Assembly (NCBI GenBank): GCA_009103225.1
Contig: RHPI01000810.1
Location: 847,909-911,908, forward strand
Length of the DNA: 64,000 nucleotides
Direction of reading: 5' to 3'
From: Chlorokybus atmophyticus
Lineage: Eukaryota; Plantae; Mesostigma and Chlorokybus algae
Part shown: in pieces, positions 48,030-60,938 of the stretch
Numbering within the stretch: the stretch's first letter is position 1
How the letters are laid out: each line of letters begins with the position of its first letter
Made by a program: the position numbers and the translations under genes
Notes under the pieces: generated by a model
Databases searched by the model: none
The model's input: only the letters and a program-made list of their open reading frames with translations
Told to the model about the DNA's origin: nothing

Positions 48030-50590
48030 GGGGCCTATAGAAGAAGAAGGAGAGAGAAGCACTGATGCCAAAGGTGCATGAGGCTATGGTCCATCACAGA
48101 GGGTTGCATGTCTGCTGCTGAGGCTTCCAGAGACCTTGGCCTGCCAGAGTCAACACTCAAGGACTATATTGCCAACCCTAAGCGCCTTCGGGATTACAAG
48201 TAAGCTGTTAGTTGTGTTAGCTATGCAATGTGTGCGGTGTGTGTGCTGTGTGTATTCAACAGACTTAGCCGTGTACGTGTGCTGTGTGTGCTTTGTGTGC
48301 TGTGAGCTCATTACCTGTGCTGCAGATGGGCAGGAAGGCCACTTGTGCTTATGCAAGCAGAGGAGAGTCAGTTGGTGGCATTGCTGAATTGGTAGAACGA
48401 CATTGGACAAGCCATAACACAAGCGGACATTGCAATGCATGTTGCCAAGGTGCTGAGAGATTACAAGAGGAGGGAGGAGTTCAAAGAAGGTATACCTGGA
48501 GAGAAGTGGGTGAGAGGCTTTATGACTAGGCACCAGCTCAGCAAGCGCAAGGCTGAGCCAGTAGATGCCAGCATACGCACTAGCTTCAGAAGGTGGATAG
48601 TCACAGACGATTTCAAGATGTTGAAGGAACTGGTTGTGGAGCTGGGCATAGGACCAGAGCGTCTCATCTCGTGTGATGAGATTGGCATAGGATCGGATTC
48701 CACCATAAGAAACCAATTTGTCATAGTTACTAAGTGAGTTAGTGCCACTCAGTGAGCACGTGTGATGTTGCCATGCTATTGCAAGCACATGCTAACACGC
48801 ACCTATGTTGCAGAGGGTGCAAGTATGCTCAGTTGGCAGCATCAGGGGTAGGCAACACATAACCGTAATGGCAGCAGTAATAGGGTCAGGCTACGCCGTC
48901 CCCCCAACAGTAATCCTGGCTGGCAAGCACCTTTACTCCGAATGGTCAGATGCCTTTGCCATCCCTGGTGCGTCCCTGAGCTGCCAAGAGAATGCTTGGA
49001 TGACCACCGAGAACATTGGCACATGGATTGACTTCCTGACCAGATACATGCCTGGTGGCATCTTGCCTAGCAACCCTACACTACTGATCTGTAATGGATG
49101 TATAAGTAGATAGATACAATGTAGAGACAATAGACAAGTGCAAGGAGATGGGCCAAAAAATCCTAGTCCTCCCTCCACGTACGACAAACAGGCTCCAGGT
49201 GCTCGATGTATCCTACTTCTCAAGCTTTAAAGCTCAGTACAAGAAGGAGTATGCTGCATGGATATGCAAGAACAGACATGTGAGAGGGCTACGCAAGAGA
49301 GGATTTCCTGCGAATGCTTGTGCCATGCTTCCATGCAGGGCTAAGCAAAAACAACTTATTGGCAGGATTCAAGCCTTGCGGTAAGCAACTTAGCATGCAT
49401 GCATCGCACATGCATGTACATGCACAAGGTAACACATGCATGCATGCAGGAATCTCGCCCTGGAATGACTGTGCTGTACACAAATATCTCCCTTCAGAGC
49501 CCCCGATGTAACGGGAAGGTACATTAAATTACCACAAATCGACTATAAAATTATGAAGTCTTTTGTAGTCGAGTGGGCTGTGACATTGGTCATCGGAGCT
49601 TCAGACCCGGGTTCGATTCCTGCCTTGCACACGAATTCCGTAGTCGTTGTTTCTCGATCCAATAACATCGTAAATGGTCACTTTATAAGTGCCATCATCG
49701 ACGGGTTGCGACTTGCCTAATGGCAATCGCGCCGAATTGACCAGTTCAGTTGGCGCGGCAGGGCGCGACCTGCCTATCGCTGCGACGCGATCTGTGGGGC
49801 CGGCAGCGGTGCGCTATGCGCGCATTGACCGGTATGGGCCTAAATTTGCCGGTCCTTGGGCGGTGGGGCCGGTGACCGACCCTAATCAGACCCCCGGGAT
49901 GATTCCCCAGCTGATGGGAGCCAGCTGCCGAGGACGTCAGCGTTCTTAAGTGGGGGGGAATGTAACGGGAAGGTACATAATTTACCACAAATCGACCGTA
50001 AAAGCATCAAGTCTTTTGTGGTCGAGTGGGATGTGACACCCGAAAGGACTGCTGGGTGTGCTCGTGGATGCCATAGAGGGTGCTGATGTTGAACCTCCAG
50101 TTGAGCCTGTTGTGGAGGAGGAAGCAGCAATTGCAGCGAATGCCAGCGCCCCTTAACCGCAGAAGAAAACGAAGGCTGGGGTGAGACCCAAGACTGCTGA
50201 GTGGCTTACACACAAAGACAGTGGAAACAGGCAATTTAAGATAGAAGAAGAGAGAAGGGCTGAGAAAGAAGCAGTGCAAGGAAGGAAGGCAGCATGTGCT
50301 GTAGCAGCAGAAGAGCGTGCTGCTGTTGTTGCAGAGAAGGCTGAGGCAGCTGCAGCAAGGAAGGAGGAAAATGCACGCAAGGCAGCAGAGAAGAACGCAA
50401 GCAAGCAAGCAAGCAGGGAAGCAAGCCAGGGCAGCAGAAGCAGCAGCAAGACAAGAACAGCAAACACAAGCGCAAGCTAAGAGAGCAGAGGGAAAGCGCT
50501 TGGAACAAAAGCGGCGTGACCGGACACGGCTGGAGGCAGCTGGCCTTATGAACCAATGGGATTGGGATTCTATGCTGTGGGTGGGCGAGT
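48030..50590 (+). pseudogene. Second, divergent pogo-like transposase relic, spliced, interrupted by a TRIM; element ends unresolved (~47100-51330)
   Basis: ASRDLGLPESTLKDY (HTH_psq), GIPGEKWVRGFMTRH, SCDEIG, QENAWMTTE, LLICNG (D to N) and RLQVLDVSYF, followed by a K/E-rich tail. Several frameshifts. Confidence 0.8.
49507..50038 (+). mobile_element. Intact 532-bp TRIM
   Basis: LTRs at 49507-49585 and 49961-50038, TG..CA ends, PBS-like TGGTCATCGGAGC, PPT AAGTGGGGGGGAA, perfect TSD CCCGA (49502-06 and 50039-43), no coding capacity. Confidence 0.93.
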
Positions 50591-51452
50591 AGCATCTCCT
50601 CTTACTAGACTTGGTAGGCTGGCTACAGCAACGCATCTGCGACGGTTGGGAGAGACAGGATTGAAAGCAAGCTGGTGCAATGTGGAGGGCTAAGCGTGCA
50701 GCCCAACTTAGACAACAGAAGCAGCAGCATAACTAAGCGTAGAACCTAGGACATCATTTAGCATAAACCCCAGCCTAACCCTGTACATGACACTGTGCCT
50801 CAACCTATTGCCTTACAACACTCACATCTTTGCCGCAGAGACTGCTACTGCTGTTGCCGCCTTTGCCGCCCTCCCCGCCTACATGCACAGCAACATGCAA
50901 AGTGATGCGCACAAACTGCCTTGGGTTGGTTGACAGCTTTCCCAATGCCTTAAGGGGCGGGAAAATGAGTGACATCTGCTCACGCCCCTGTGGTGGGAAA
51001 CAGGCAGACTGACACTGTCAGCACCGCCGCCGCCACCCATCACCCGCCACTCACACGCCATAACCGGCGCCAAAAAATCTTGGCACAGGCAAAGCTGGCG
51101 CCGAAATAAGGTAAGGCACTTTTTTGGCCAATCATTACACACATGCTCCTTTGGCGCGGCATAACAGCCGCACCACTGGGCAGAAATGATAAAAACAAAT
51201 ATCTACGTGTAAGTATCTTGATAAGCTTCATATTTGCCACTCACATCACCGCCAAAAGGTGAACCAATCCGCTTCACCAACATGCCAAACCTTATTTCGA
51301 AGAAGTTAGGCACATTTAACCTCTGCACACGCTTACCCACATGCGGTCATGTCGTCAACGTTGACAGCAACGTCAGCGTACTGTGCTGCGTACGTACGTG
51401 CTATTGTTCTGTACGCGGTACACGTTGCGCGCGCACTTGCATGCGCAGCAAC

Positions 51453-52729
51453 ATGGCGACGGCGGCGGCGGCGGCGGCGGCGGCGGCCGAGGTGGTGAAC
51501 GGCGTTGGGGGAGGCAATGACGACTCCATGGCGCGTGTCATGGCTGCGATAGGGCGTACGTCGCTGTCTGTGGCGGCCGGTCGTGCGCAGGAGTCCCGCC
51601 GGCCGGACGCCCTGTTCCGGGACGTGCTGGCGGAGGCGCTGGCCGATGCGGCGGCGGAGCGAGATGAGAAGTATGAGGAGGAGAAGCATGTGAGACCGGA
51701 CAGACCCTACCTCCTGGCCTTCTTCGCCACACGTACACGCTACCTCGACGACCAGATACTCGCAGCACTGGCCGCCCAACCACACCCCCAACAGGTGCGT
51801 ACTTTTACATATTCGGACACATGCACATACAGAAGGCATGCGATTGGATTGTGAGTTGGTTGTGAGCGTGCGTGTGTGCGCTGTTTGCGGGTGTTGCAGT
51901 GTGAGGCATGTCGGACGTGAGTTGTGCACTACCTTGCATGCGTGCATTAGCACTTTGCCATTTCGGAGACACGCGCACACACACACACACACACACATTC
52001 TCGCTTCAGATCGTCATCCTTGGTTCGGGGATGGACGCCCGTCCTTGGCGTCTCTCTCCCCCCTCAGGCGTCCCCCTGCCCGACCTGGCCATAGATGTGG
52101 ACCAGCCAGACATCCTGGACGCCAAGGCCTCGTTTCTGGGGAGACTCGCCCTGCCTCTGACCCTCGCACGCAAGCACGTCGCCGTCCCGATGGACCTCCG
52201 CAACCCCGTTTTCGAGCATATCCTCTCACCCTCGCCCAACACACTACCCACACTGTGGCTGATGGAGGGCCTCGTGCGCTTCTTCACAGCAGACCAGGTA
52301 CGCACAACACACGATAGCATATACCTGTTGTACACACAACACACGCACAACACTACTACTCTATGTGTCCACACCATCCACCAGGTGGACGGCATCGTGC
52401 GTGCCGCCGCGGAGGTCTCCGCCCCGGGCAGCGTCCTCCTCGTGACCGTGCCGAGCCGCGAGGAAGCCCAACGCAGGGGGATCAACGTCGGCAACACCCA
52501 CACCACCACCAACCCCACCTCCACCACCGACGACAGAACCGACCCCCAGTGGCGCTTCACGTGCGACGATCCCCGCGCGTGGTTCACTCATCACGGTTGG
52601 GTCGTGACGGAGGTGCGGAGCGCCAAGGAGGTGCGGGAGATGTACGGGAGGGGGGAGATGGGGGAGACGGGGGAAGGGGACTGGGCGGTGGATAAGCTGG
52701 CATTCCTCACGTGCAGGAAAGAGGGGTAG
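51453..52729 (+). CDS. SAM-dependent methyltransferase, TIGR00027/LCM family, copy 2 (exons 51453-51794, 52010-52297, 52385-52729)
   Basis: Near-identical motifs to copy 1, with canonical GT-AG junctions. Confidence 0.85.
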
Positions 52730-53828
52730 GTTCGTGTGCGTTGGGATTCTTGTTCAGCGGATGCAGGTTGAAATGTTGTTTTTGTGCGAGGGCTGTTGGT
52801 GTTGAAAGCGCAGAGGCACTGTGAGACGGTAGCAGTTGGGTAGTTGAACATTGCTTGTCAGATAGGGACAGGTTAGCATTCTGTTATTGTAGTTTGGTTT
52901 CATTTCCTGTTAGATTCATCATGAACGGGCCTTATGGTCATCACCGCGATGATGAAGGCTGCATGTGTGGCGTATGGTCAACCCTATTGTTTGCAAACAC
53001 ATCTGCCCGTGTGGACAGGTGACTTGGCTGTCAACTTGCATGCTGCTTTGGATAATGGGGTAGGGAGTTGTTGTTAGGTAGAGTTGAGAGCAGCACGGCA
53101 GTGGCACATGACAAAGTGTTGGTATGAGAGTGCCATGTGCTTGATGCTATGCATGACACTGCATGTGCTTGTCACCATGCATGCTACTAATCTAGCATAC
53201 CATCTTTTGTACCCTGACTATCACACATCCCATCACCGCATTGCATGCTGTGTACACACAGGCCACGCACCACACGCAACATTGACACCCCTCATTGCAT
53301 ACTTTGTACACCACCCGGCATATGGCATCATGTAGTACCAATGACAGACTCTGATCCGCGTTATTGGTACATGTGCGCCATCATGCCCTTGTGACTTAAC
53401 CCGTTTGCATGGTATGGTACATTATCCGAGCACAGAAGACAGCATGGCCAGAACACCTGCGTTGATACGGATGCGCAACGCGCGAAGGCGCACACAGTGG
53501 GCCCCGATTGAGGGTACTGAATGATCAATACATGGATGAGAATTGCAGCAGCGGTAAGCACTCAGCTTGGCGATTGTCCAAACAAAGGCCGTTCAACCGG
53601 CCGTGCGTGCGCATGTTACAACGTGGGCGACTGCACCGCATGAGGGGCACGCATGCATCACATACATTTATCGCTGCATTGCATTCTCTGTACACATCGC
53701 ACAGAGCAGCACACTGTGCACTACTCGGCACGGGAGCTTCATGGCTCTGCGTCGGCATAGCGTTGACCGCTGCTGGCGTGTGAACCCGCACCTGCACCAC
53801 GTGCGAGAGCATCGTCCATGCACGCGTG

Positions 53829-55872
53829 TCACGCGTGGCGCTCCGCCGCACGCTGCTTGAACCGCGACACCCTCTTGGCCGGCTGATGGCAATACACGCG
53901 TTGTTAGAGTCAACACACATACACGCAAGCATGCCTCTGAGAGAGAGGTTTGTTTTCAAGAGAGCCACAAGAGCCAACCTCTGCGGCAGCGGCGGCAGCA
54001 GGCTCTGTTGTTGTCGTGCTGGCAGCGATAGGGATGTTGGGTCGTTCCAGCACGCGGCCCCGAAAGGCATCCGCGGCAGCAGCACGTGACGTGTCCGTTG
54101 TGTCCGTCCCCGACGCTGCCACCCCCGGCGAGGATGTTGTCGATGATGTTGCGGGTAGCTGCTTGGCTGCGGCTCTCGCTCCCCGCTCCTCTTCCTTCTG
54201 CGAGACACACACGCCACAAGGCTAATCGCTTGTTCGTGCTTACGCGCGCACGTGCGGGTGCGGCTGTGGGTGCGTGTAATGCAAAGTTACCGGATGCGGC
54301 TGTGGTTGCGGCGACACGAGTGGGCGCTGCGGGGTCGGCTTTGCCGGGGTGGGTGCGAGCTGTGCTTGCGCTTGCGTTGACCGAGGAGGAGGCATCGACT
54401 GGGTCCCTTCAGAATGCGGCGCGCCGGCCTCACCCTCCTCGACATCCTCCTCCATCATCTCCGCCTCCGCGGTCTCGGCCTCCTCCTCGGCGTGCTCGAG
54501 CTCCGCGAGCCGCCTCATCACCCGCGCGTGCTCTTCATCATCGGCCACACCCTTGCATGTGACACACGCACGCACACGTGCAGAAATTCGGCGTCCAACA
54601 CGACCATTGGATTGCGTCCATAGGGTGCGCAACGCATACACTCACCCGCATCCCCGTCACGTCCCGGCGCGACACCTCTGATGTCGTCGCGCGTCGGCCC
54701 TCGTCCTGCGCTTCCTCGTTGTAGTCTTCCCGTATGTCGAGCAGGCCCTCCAGAGCGCGGGCGCGGGCTTTGGAAGCGCGTACGCTCTCGCGCAGGGCAG
54801 CAGCCTCACGCTCTGCCCCTGGCAGACATAAACCAACAGAGTGAGAGAGAAGTTGGGTGCTCATATTGTGCGCGTAGGCGCGTCGCGTGCATGNNNNNNN
54901 NNNNNNNNNNNNNNNNNNNNNNNNNNNNNNNNNNNNNNNNNNNNNNNNNNNNNNNNNNNNNNNNNNNNNNNNNNNNNNNNNNNNNNNNNNNNNNNNNNNN
55001 NNNNNNNNNNNNNNNNNNNNNNNNNNNNNNNNNNNNNNNNNNNNNNNNNNNNNNNNNNNNNNNNNNNNNNNNNNNNNNNNNNNNNNNNNNNNNNNNNNNN
55101 NNNNNNNNGGGGGGGGCATGTGATGTGTCTGTGTGTACGCGCGTGCACGTAGGCACGTGCTCGCACGTGTGCTTGTGCACGCGCGCGCTACCTTTAACGT
55201 GTCGCTGCAGTATGCGTGCCGCTTGCGTGGCAGATCGCTCCGTCTGGTGCACGCCACCGTCACCCAACGAGACCTGGTGCATGCACGCGCGATGAGTGGT
55301 TTATGTACAGTACCGTATGTCGTAAAACGCCAGTGCGGCTGCACTGTACCATGAACTCGTTGGTGTGTATCAACCTTCCAGGAAAGAAAGCCGCAGATCC
55401 AAACGGAACCTGACACAACCAACACATAATGACGAGTCGCAAAGACAGCTTTTATTGGGTGTCAAAAAGCAGGTGTAGGTGAGCGAGCGTTGCATTCAAG
55501 TGTCGTTGGAGTCGGGAACAACAGAGCACGCCATGCAGACGTCACAACATTCGTTTTATGCATGCACGTAAGCGTAGCGCTCCCACTAGCAGACCGCTTT
55601 TCCACGATGAATCATCAATCAAACAGATAAGCCATCCACACGAGTACAGGTAATCACCGGAGCAATTCGCCCACCATGACGTCGTAGTGCAGTCGCCCAG
55701 GCAGGAAGTCTGGGATGTTGCCGCCCGCCTCCTCCGTGCGAGGGAGGAGGAGGCGGGCGCGGAGGGCGGTGGCATGGGCGAGCTGGGCCTCGGCGGCCGA
55801 CAGCCGGCGCGACTCCTCGTCCTGCTGCGGGGCGCCCCTCAGCTCAGCCGCCGCCGCCGCCGCTGCTGCCAT
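53829..55872 (-). CDS. URI1: URI1/RMP-like unconventional prefoldin RPB5 interactor, multi-exon
   Basis: LPGRLHYDVM|VPFGSAAFFPGRLIHTNEFMV (prefoldin-alpha signature), acidic middle, AFRGRVLER, and C-terminal KRVSRFKQR. One intron or exon overlaps the N gap at 54894-55108. Confidence 0.85.
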
Positions 55873-56621
55873 GACGCCGCCGGCCAGACTCCGCTGATTC
55901 TTTCGCTGATGAACACAAGACGGCGATGTGTGGCAGGTGAGGATGACATGCCAACAAGGGGTGCTAGTAATCAGAGTGGAGTAGTTTTAGTAATAGTAGT
56001 TGCGCAGCCCGGTGGTTGACATGACATGATGACAGTGATGGTGGGCGTGTGTGATGCTGTGTGCATTTGTATTTCGCTTGTACTGTACACCTTTTTGATG
56101 CTTGATGATTCACTGGTACGCTGCATTACCACCCTCTCTCCCCCTGAGTCATTTTGTTGTCATGGCATGCGTTTCGGGTATATATGCCGCAGCTGTCATC
56201 ACATGCAGCACCGCTCTGATGCTACAACTGCGTCGCTGGTGTAGCTAACGCTATGCGATGTACAAAAAACGCATCCGATGCAAGTGGCTGTTGAAGCCAA
56301 CGTGAATGCACAGAACTGTGCGCGCGCGCGTGCGTGCATGCGCATTCGGGCGCTGCTGCTGCCACAATGCTCCGAGTGCAGTGCAGGCTCAATCAACCGC
56401 CACACGAAGCACTGCCAACTCACTAACCCCACCCACCCCATCAACACATGGACGCCGCAGCTAAGTCAGTCTCAAGTACATCAGACAAGGCCAGTCCGCC
56501 CTGCCACCGATACCATCTCTCCCACTCTCCCGACACTGACTGACAAAGATCCAGTCAACTCCATCCACAACACGCCCCCACTCCATCGCCTACCACCGCC
56601 TCTCCCCTTCGTTTTCGTGGA

Positions 56622-57571
56622 TCACCCGAACGACGGCGCTCTCCCGTTCCCTCCTCCCCTCCGCTCAAAGTGCTGCAGCACGATGTTGGACGCGTCCAGG
56701 AAACGGTGCGCGCAGTACGACAGGCAAGCGGACTCGCTCGAGTCCAGGCGGCTGCCGGGCTTGGTGATGCACTTGTCCCAGCAAACGTCCTGGAAGAGGG
56801 GTTGGATGCGTGTGCGTGCGAGTGTGCGAGCGTGCGGGTATTTCCTTGTGCATGTGCATGCATGCATGCATGAAGCAACCAACATCAACAGGCATGGATC
56901 AGCATACCGACAGCTTGGCGACGAGCTCGTTGAACACCGCCTTCTGCTGCTCCCTCTGCACATCATAGCAACCGAAACACACAGAGCAGTCAGTGTATGC
57001 ATGCGCGCGTGCATGCGCGTGCGCGCACACATCTGCAGATGTATGCGTTTGCATCTGTTCTGCATGTTGGCACAGGACACGCTAAAGCACAAGTACATGA
57101 CCAAAACGTGGTGCAGCAGCAATCCACCACTGCTTCCTCTTTCCAAGTCAACCCACACCAAGAAGGCTGGCGCGTAAAACAATACGTGCATGCAATCCTG
57201 CTCAGCAACGACGTTGACATGCTTTCAAAACGCATGCAACGTGTTGTATCTCAACTAATTGACACCTTACTTGTTATGTAGAAGCAAGAGTGCAATACCA
57301 TTACCTGCCACGACTACCAATACCTCTCTCCAAGTCAGACTGCTTGCCACTACTATATATACATGAATACAAAGAAGAATGTGAAGGGGGGGGGGGGGGG
57401 AAACTGTAACTGCTGCTGCATGGATTCGCATGCAGTGTTTATGTCGGTTTGCACTGACTGCGCCACAAGCTCCTTGTTTCCTTCATTCGCATACTATCTC
57501 ACCAGTATGAACTGCTGCAGCTCCGCCTTCTGCGCCGGGGACAGGTTGGCCGCGGGGTCAGCGCCGTCCAT
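56622..57571 (-). CDS. TIM8: Mitochondrial small Tim chaperone TIM8, 3 exons
   Basis: ELQQFIL|REQQKAVFNELVAKLS|DVCWDKCITKPGSRLDSSESACLSYCAHRFLD, a twin CX3C motif. Confidence 0.9.
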
Positions 57572-57630
57572 CGGGGGTGAGACGCCGCCGCCACTCTCCC
57601 GCACCTCTGCTCCTCCTCCTCCTCCTCTTG

Positions 57631-57662
<32 letters not shown>

Positions 57663-57764
57663 TCCGCCGCCGCCCAGCAGCACACTGCCTCACTGTGTTT
57701 TAGGGTTGCCGTTGGCGCTAAGCGGGAGAAGCAGGAGGAGGAAGCGGCGGCGGCGGCGGCGAAG

Positions 57765-58699
57765 ATGGCGGCGGAGACACCGGAGGAGCGGAAGGCCAGG
57801 ATCGCGGCGCTGAGGGAAGCTGCGCAGCTCGCTGCGGCCGGGCGGGAGGCGGCGCAGCAGCAGAGGAGAGGGGAGGACGACGACGACGAGGAGGAGGACG
57901 AGGAGGGGCAGGAGGAGGAGCAGGCAGGAGCGGCGCCCCCGCAGGAGGACGGAAGTGAGGATGGCGGCGGCGACGCCGTTGATGAGGACGACCAGAGGCA
58001 GCTTCGTTTCCGCAACTACCAGCCCAAGGGCGTGCAGGGCGTGCAGGCCTCCCGCGTCCCTTTCCCTTCTATCCCCGAGTTCCATGCGCCCGCAGCAGCA
58101 CCGGACAACGCCGCAGCAGACAATGCCGCTGCGGACAATCCTCAGGCGAGTGCGTGTGTGTACTGAGAGGGAGGGCCTCCTTGCTATGTCCTAGTTGCAG
58201 CAAACGCTATCTCAGGTTATCACCAACGCTGCTTACTGTCAATGCTAGAGCATACACAATCGTGCATTTCATGGTCATCAACCCTTTCGTTTCCAGGATT
58301 ATATAAAATCCACAGCATGCGCTTTTTTGTTGTCACAGTCCAACTGTCAAGGTCATGCAGTACAGATGAATATCAATCTGTTTTGTGTGTGCAGGATGCG
58401 CTCGTGAGTCTTGCCCCCAAGAAGCCCAATTGGGACTTGAAGCGTGACGTGGCGCAGAAGCTGGAGAAGCTCGAACGACGCACGCAGCGAGCCATGATCG
58501 CACTCATGAGTAAGTGAGAGAGTTGTACTCGCCTTGTTGCATGCGCTTCTGCGCCGGTTCATGCGTCCTGTTGCTGGGAGTGTAGCAGTAGGAGGACACA
58601 TTTCGCACACCCGCACACCTTTCTGATCTTTGGCGGTGTTGATACGCAGGAGAAGAAGAGGAGCGAAGGGCGGCTGAGGCGGAAGGAGTGGAGGCTTAG
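57765..58699 (+). CDS. CCDC12: CCDC12/Cwf18 spliceosomal protein, 3 exons
   Basis: ERKARIAALR, LRFRNYQPK and LAPKKPNWDLKRDVAQKLEKLERRTQRAM. Confidence 0.9.
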
Positions 58700-60938
58700 A
58701 GGTCGCAACTTCTTACGTGCAATGCGGCCGCTCTTTGTACCATGAGAGGGTGATCGTTGCATGGTGGCGCCACGTGGTTGATGGCATTGGATGACTTTGG
58801 ACGGACAGGCCTGCAGCCTCCAATTGGCGACGGCACTGGCTGTTGACAACATGTACACACAGCCGACCAACGTTGGAATGGAGAGAGCTGCACCTGGTTG
58901 CGGGGTTCGCTTTATGCTGCTGCATACGCGCAGCGCGTTGTCGAGCTCACAGAGCTCTCAGAGAACCCTCAACAGGCACAAAGCTGGGTGTCATGAAGCC
59001 CGACGAGTGCGGCCAATCAATTGGCAGTGAGCACGCTTTGGCGCATAGCATGCAGAGCGTGATGTCATATCAGGTTGAGGCCGCGGTGGGGAGGATATCT
59101 CGCGCCTTGTGACTGGGTGTATCCGCTCATCACATTGGGTACAGGTAGAGAATCAGCGCAATGGGTGCGTTGGTCTTGTGCAGTAGTGCTGCTCCAAACT
59201 TAGAATACCAATTAGGACTGCGATGAAACTCGCAAGTGGTGTGCCATTGCTTGGTGTTGATGTATAATCGTCAGGGGGCTGTTTCCTGATGTTTGAACAG
59301 AGAGCATGACGCATGTCTGTGCATGGCCGCAGCAGTGTGAGGCTTGTGCTTAGATATAGTGTCCGGTGCCAATGCAAATGTGCACCTCACACGCACAGGC
59401 GCAAATGTAGAGGCCAAAGACACGATGTAACAGCAGATTGCTGAAACGCAGTTAGGAAAGCGGCATATCAGGACCATACCACGGAGCATAAGCAGTACCT
59501 GCAAGCAGCTCATGGCGGTAGCAATAGTGCGCAACACTTGGCAGCAAGCATGCTGACGCTGACACCGGCGCCCGCCCAGCCAAGCCCCTGACATTGCTAG
59601 TTCTCTCAATACACTAACAGCAACATCGTCACACCAAGCTACGAGCTAGACTGTTCAGTCACAGTCAGCGTCAGTGTAAGCAAGAGGTGGCGAGGACACA
59701 GCACGAGAAGCGCGCACGCACACCCAGAGCAGCAGCAGCCCCTTGACAGGGGCACACACCCGCACGCGCGCAAGTGCGCGTGCACACGCGGACACACGCA
59801 CATACGCCCGCACACGCATGCCCCCNNNNNNNNNNNNNNNNNNNNNNNNNNNNNNNNNNNNNNNNNNNNNNNNNNNNNNNNNNNNNNNNNNNNNNNNNNN
59901 NNNNNNNNNNNNNNNNNNNNNNNNNNNNNNNNNNNNNNNNNNNNNNNNNNNNNNNNNNNNNNNNNNNNNNNNNNNNNNNNNNNNNNNNNNNNNNNNNNNN
60001 NNNNNNNNNNNNNNNNNNNNNNNNNNNNNNNNNNNNNNNNNNNNNNNNNNNNNNNNTCCCCCCTTCTCCCGCGCTCCACAGAATCGCCGCTGCCCTCAAG
60101 AGAGCCATACACACGTGCGCGTGTGCACGCTTACACGTCAATATACGCAGCAGCGCCTACACACGCACGCATGCACATGCAGTTGCACGCATTCATACAT
60201 GACATCTACGGACTGAATGGTTGCATCATGTGCACGCGCTGGTGACAAACCCATGTTGCTGGTTTTGCATTCATTGTGTATTGCGGTTGTACATGTGCTC
60301 GTGGTGGTTGTGGACTTCAAGTAGGTTGAGTGTACATCGTAGCATGCTTGAAGTGGAAGAACATACCCCCAGCACATGCTCACATTGCTGCACACCACAG
60401 CATAAGCCTCTCACAAGCGGCCCCACTCTCAAATGCGCTCGTCGTTACAACCTTCGAGGACAAGGTAGCCACTTTGATGTTTGACAAGCTCCTAGATCTT
60501 GCCTTAAGCACATTATATAACTTGCATTAGGCAATGTACACTGAACCCATCAGATTGCATGTAAGAGGCATATGGATTTAAATGGTATATATCTTACACC
60601 TATTGAGTAGTTGAGTGAATTTTTGCACGTATGCATGCGCGGTATCATATTTACCACGCGCCCATGATGCGGCTGGGAATTTAACTTATATGTATTCAGC
60701 AGATCGAGTGTAACATATTGAATGAGATCATGTGGCATATGCGTGCATGGTTGCTAATAACACTTATGCACACACATGCCATCACCTACGGCAGGAGATG
60801 AATAGATGTGCATATGTACTCTAATGAAAACAGCATTATTGAGTATAAGTAGTGGACAATGGATCACCGTAAAGGAGCAGTGTGGTTTATACTTTTACAT
60901 TTAAATAACGGTTTCATTGTTGCAAATTCCAACGATAC

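Noticed and set aside
47160-51325. TIR pair for the second pogo element
   Set aside because: AAGTTAGGCACATTTAACCT near 51303 is TIR-like, but I found no convincing matching left end.
59400-60530. Possible exons of an unknown gene around the last gap
   Set aside because: Short open stretches with plausible splice sites but no recognisable motif or consistent gene model.
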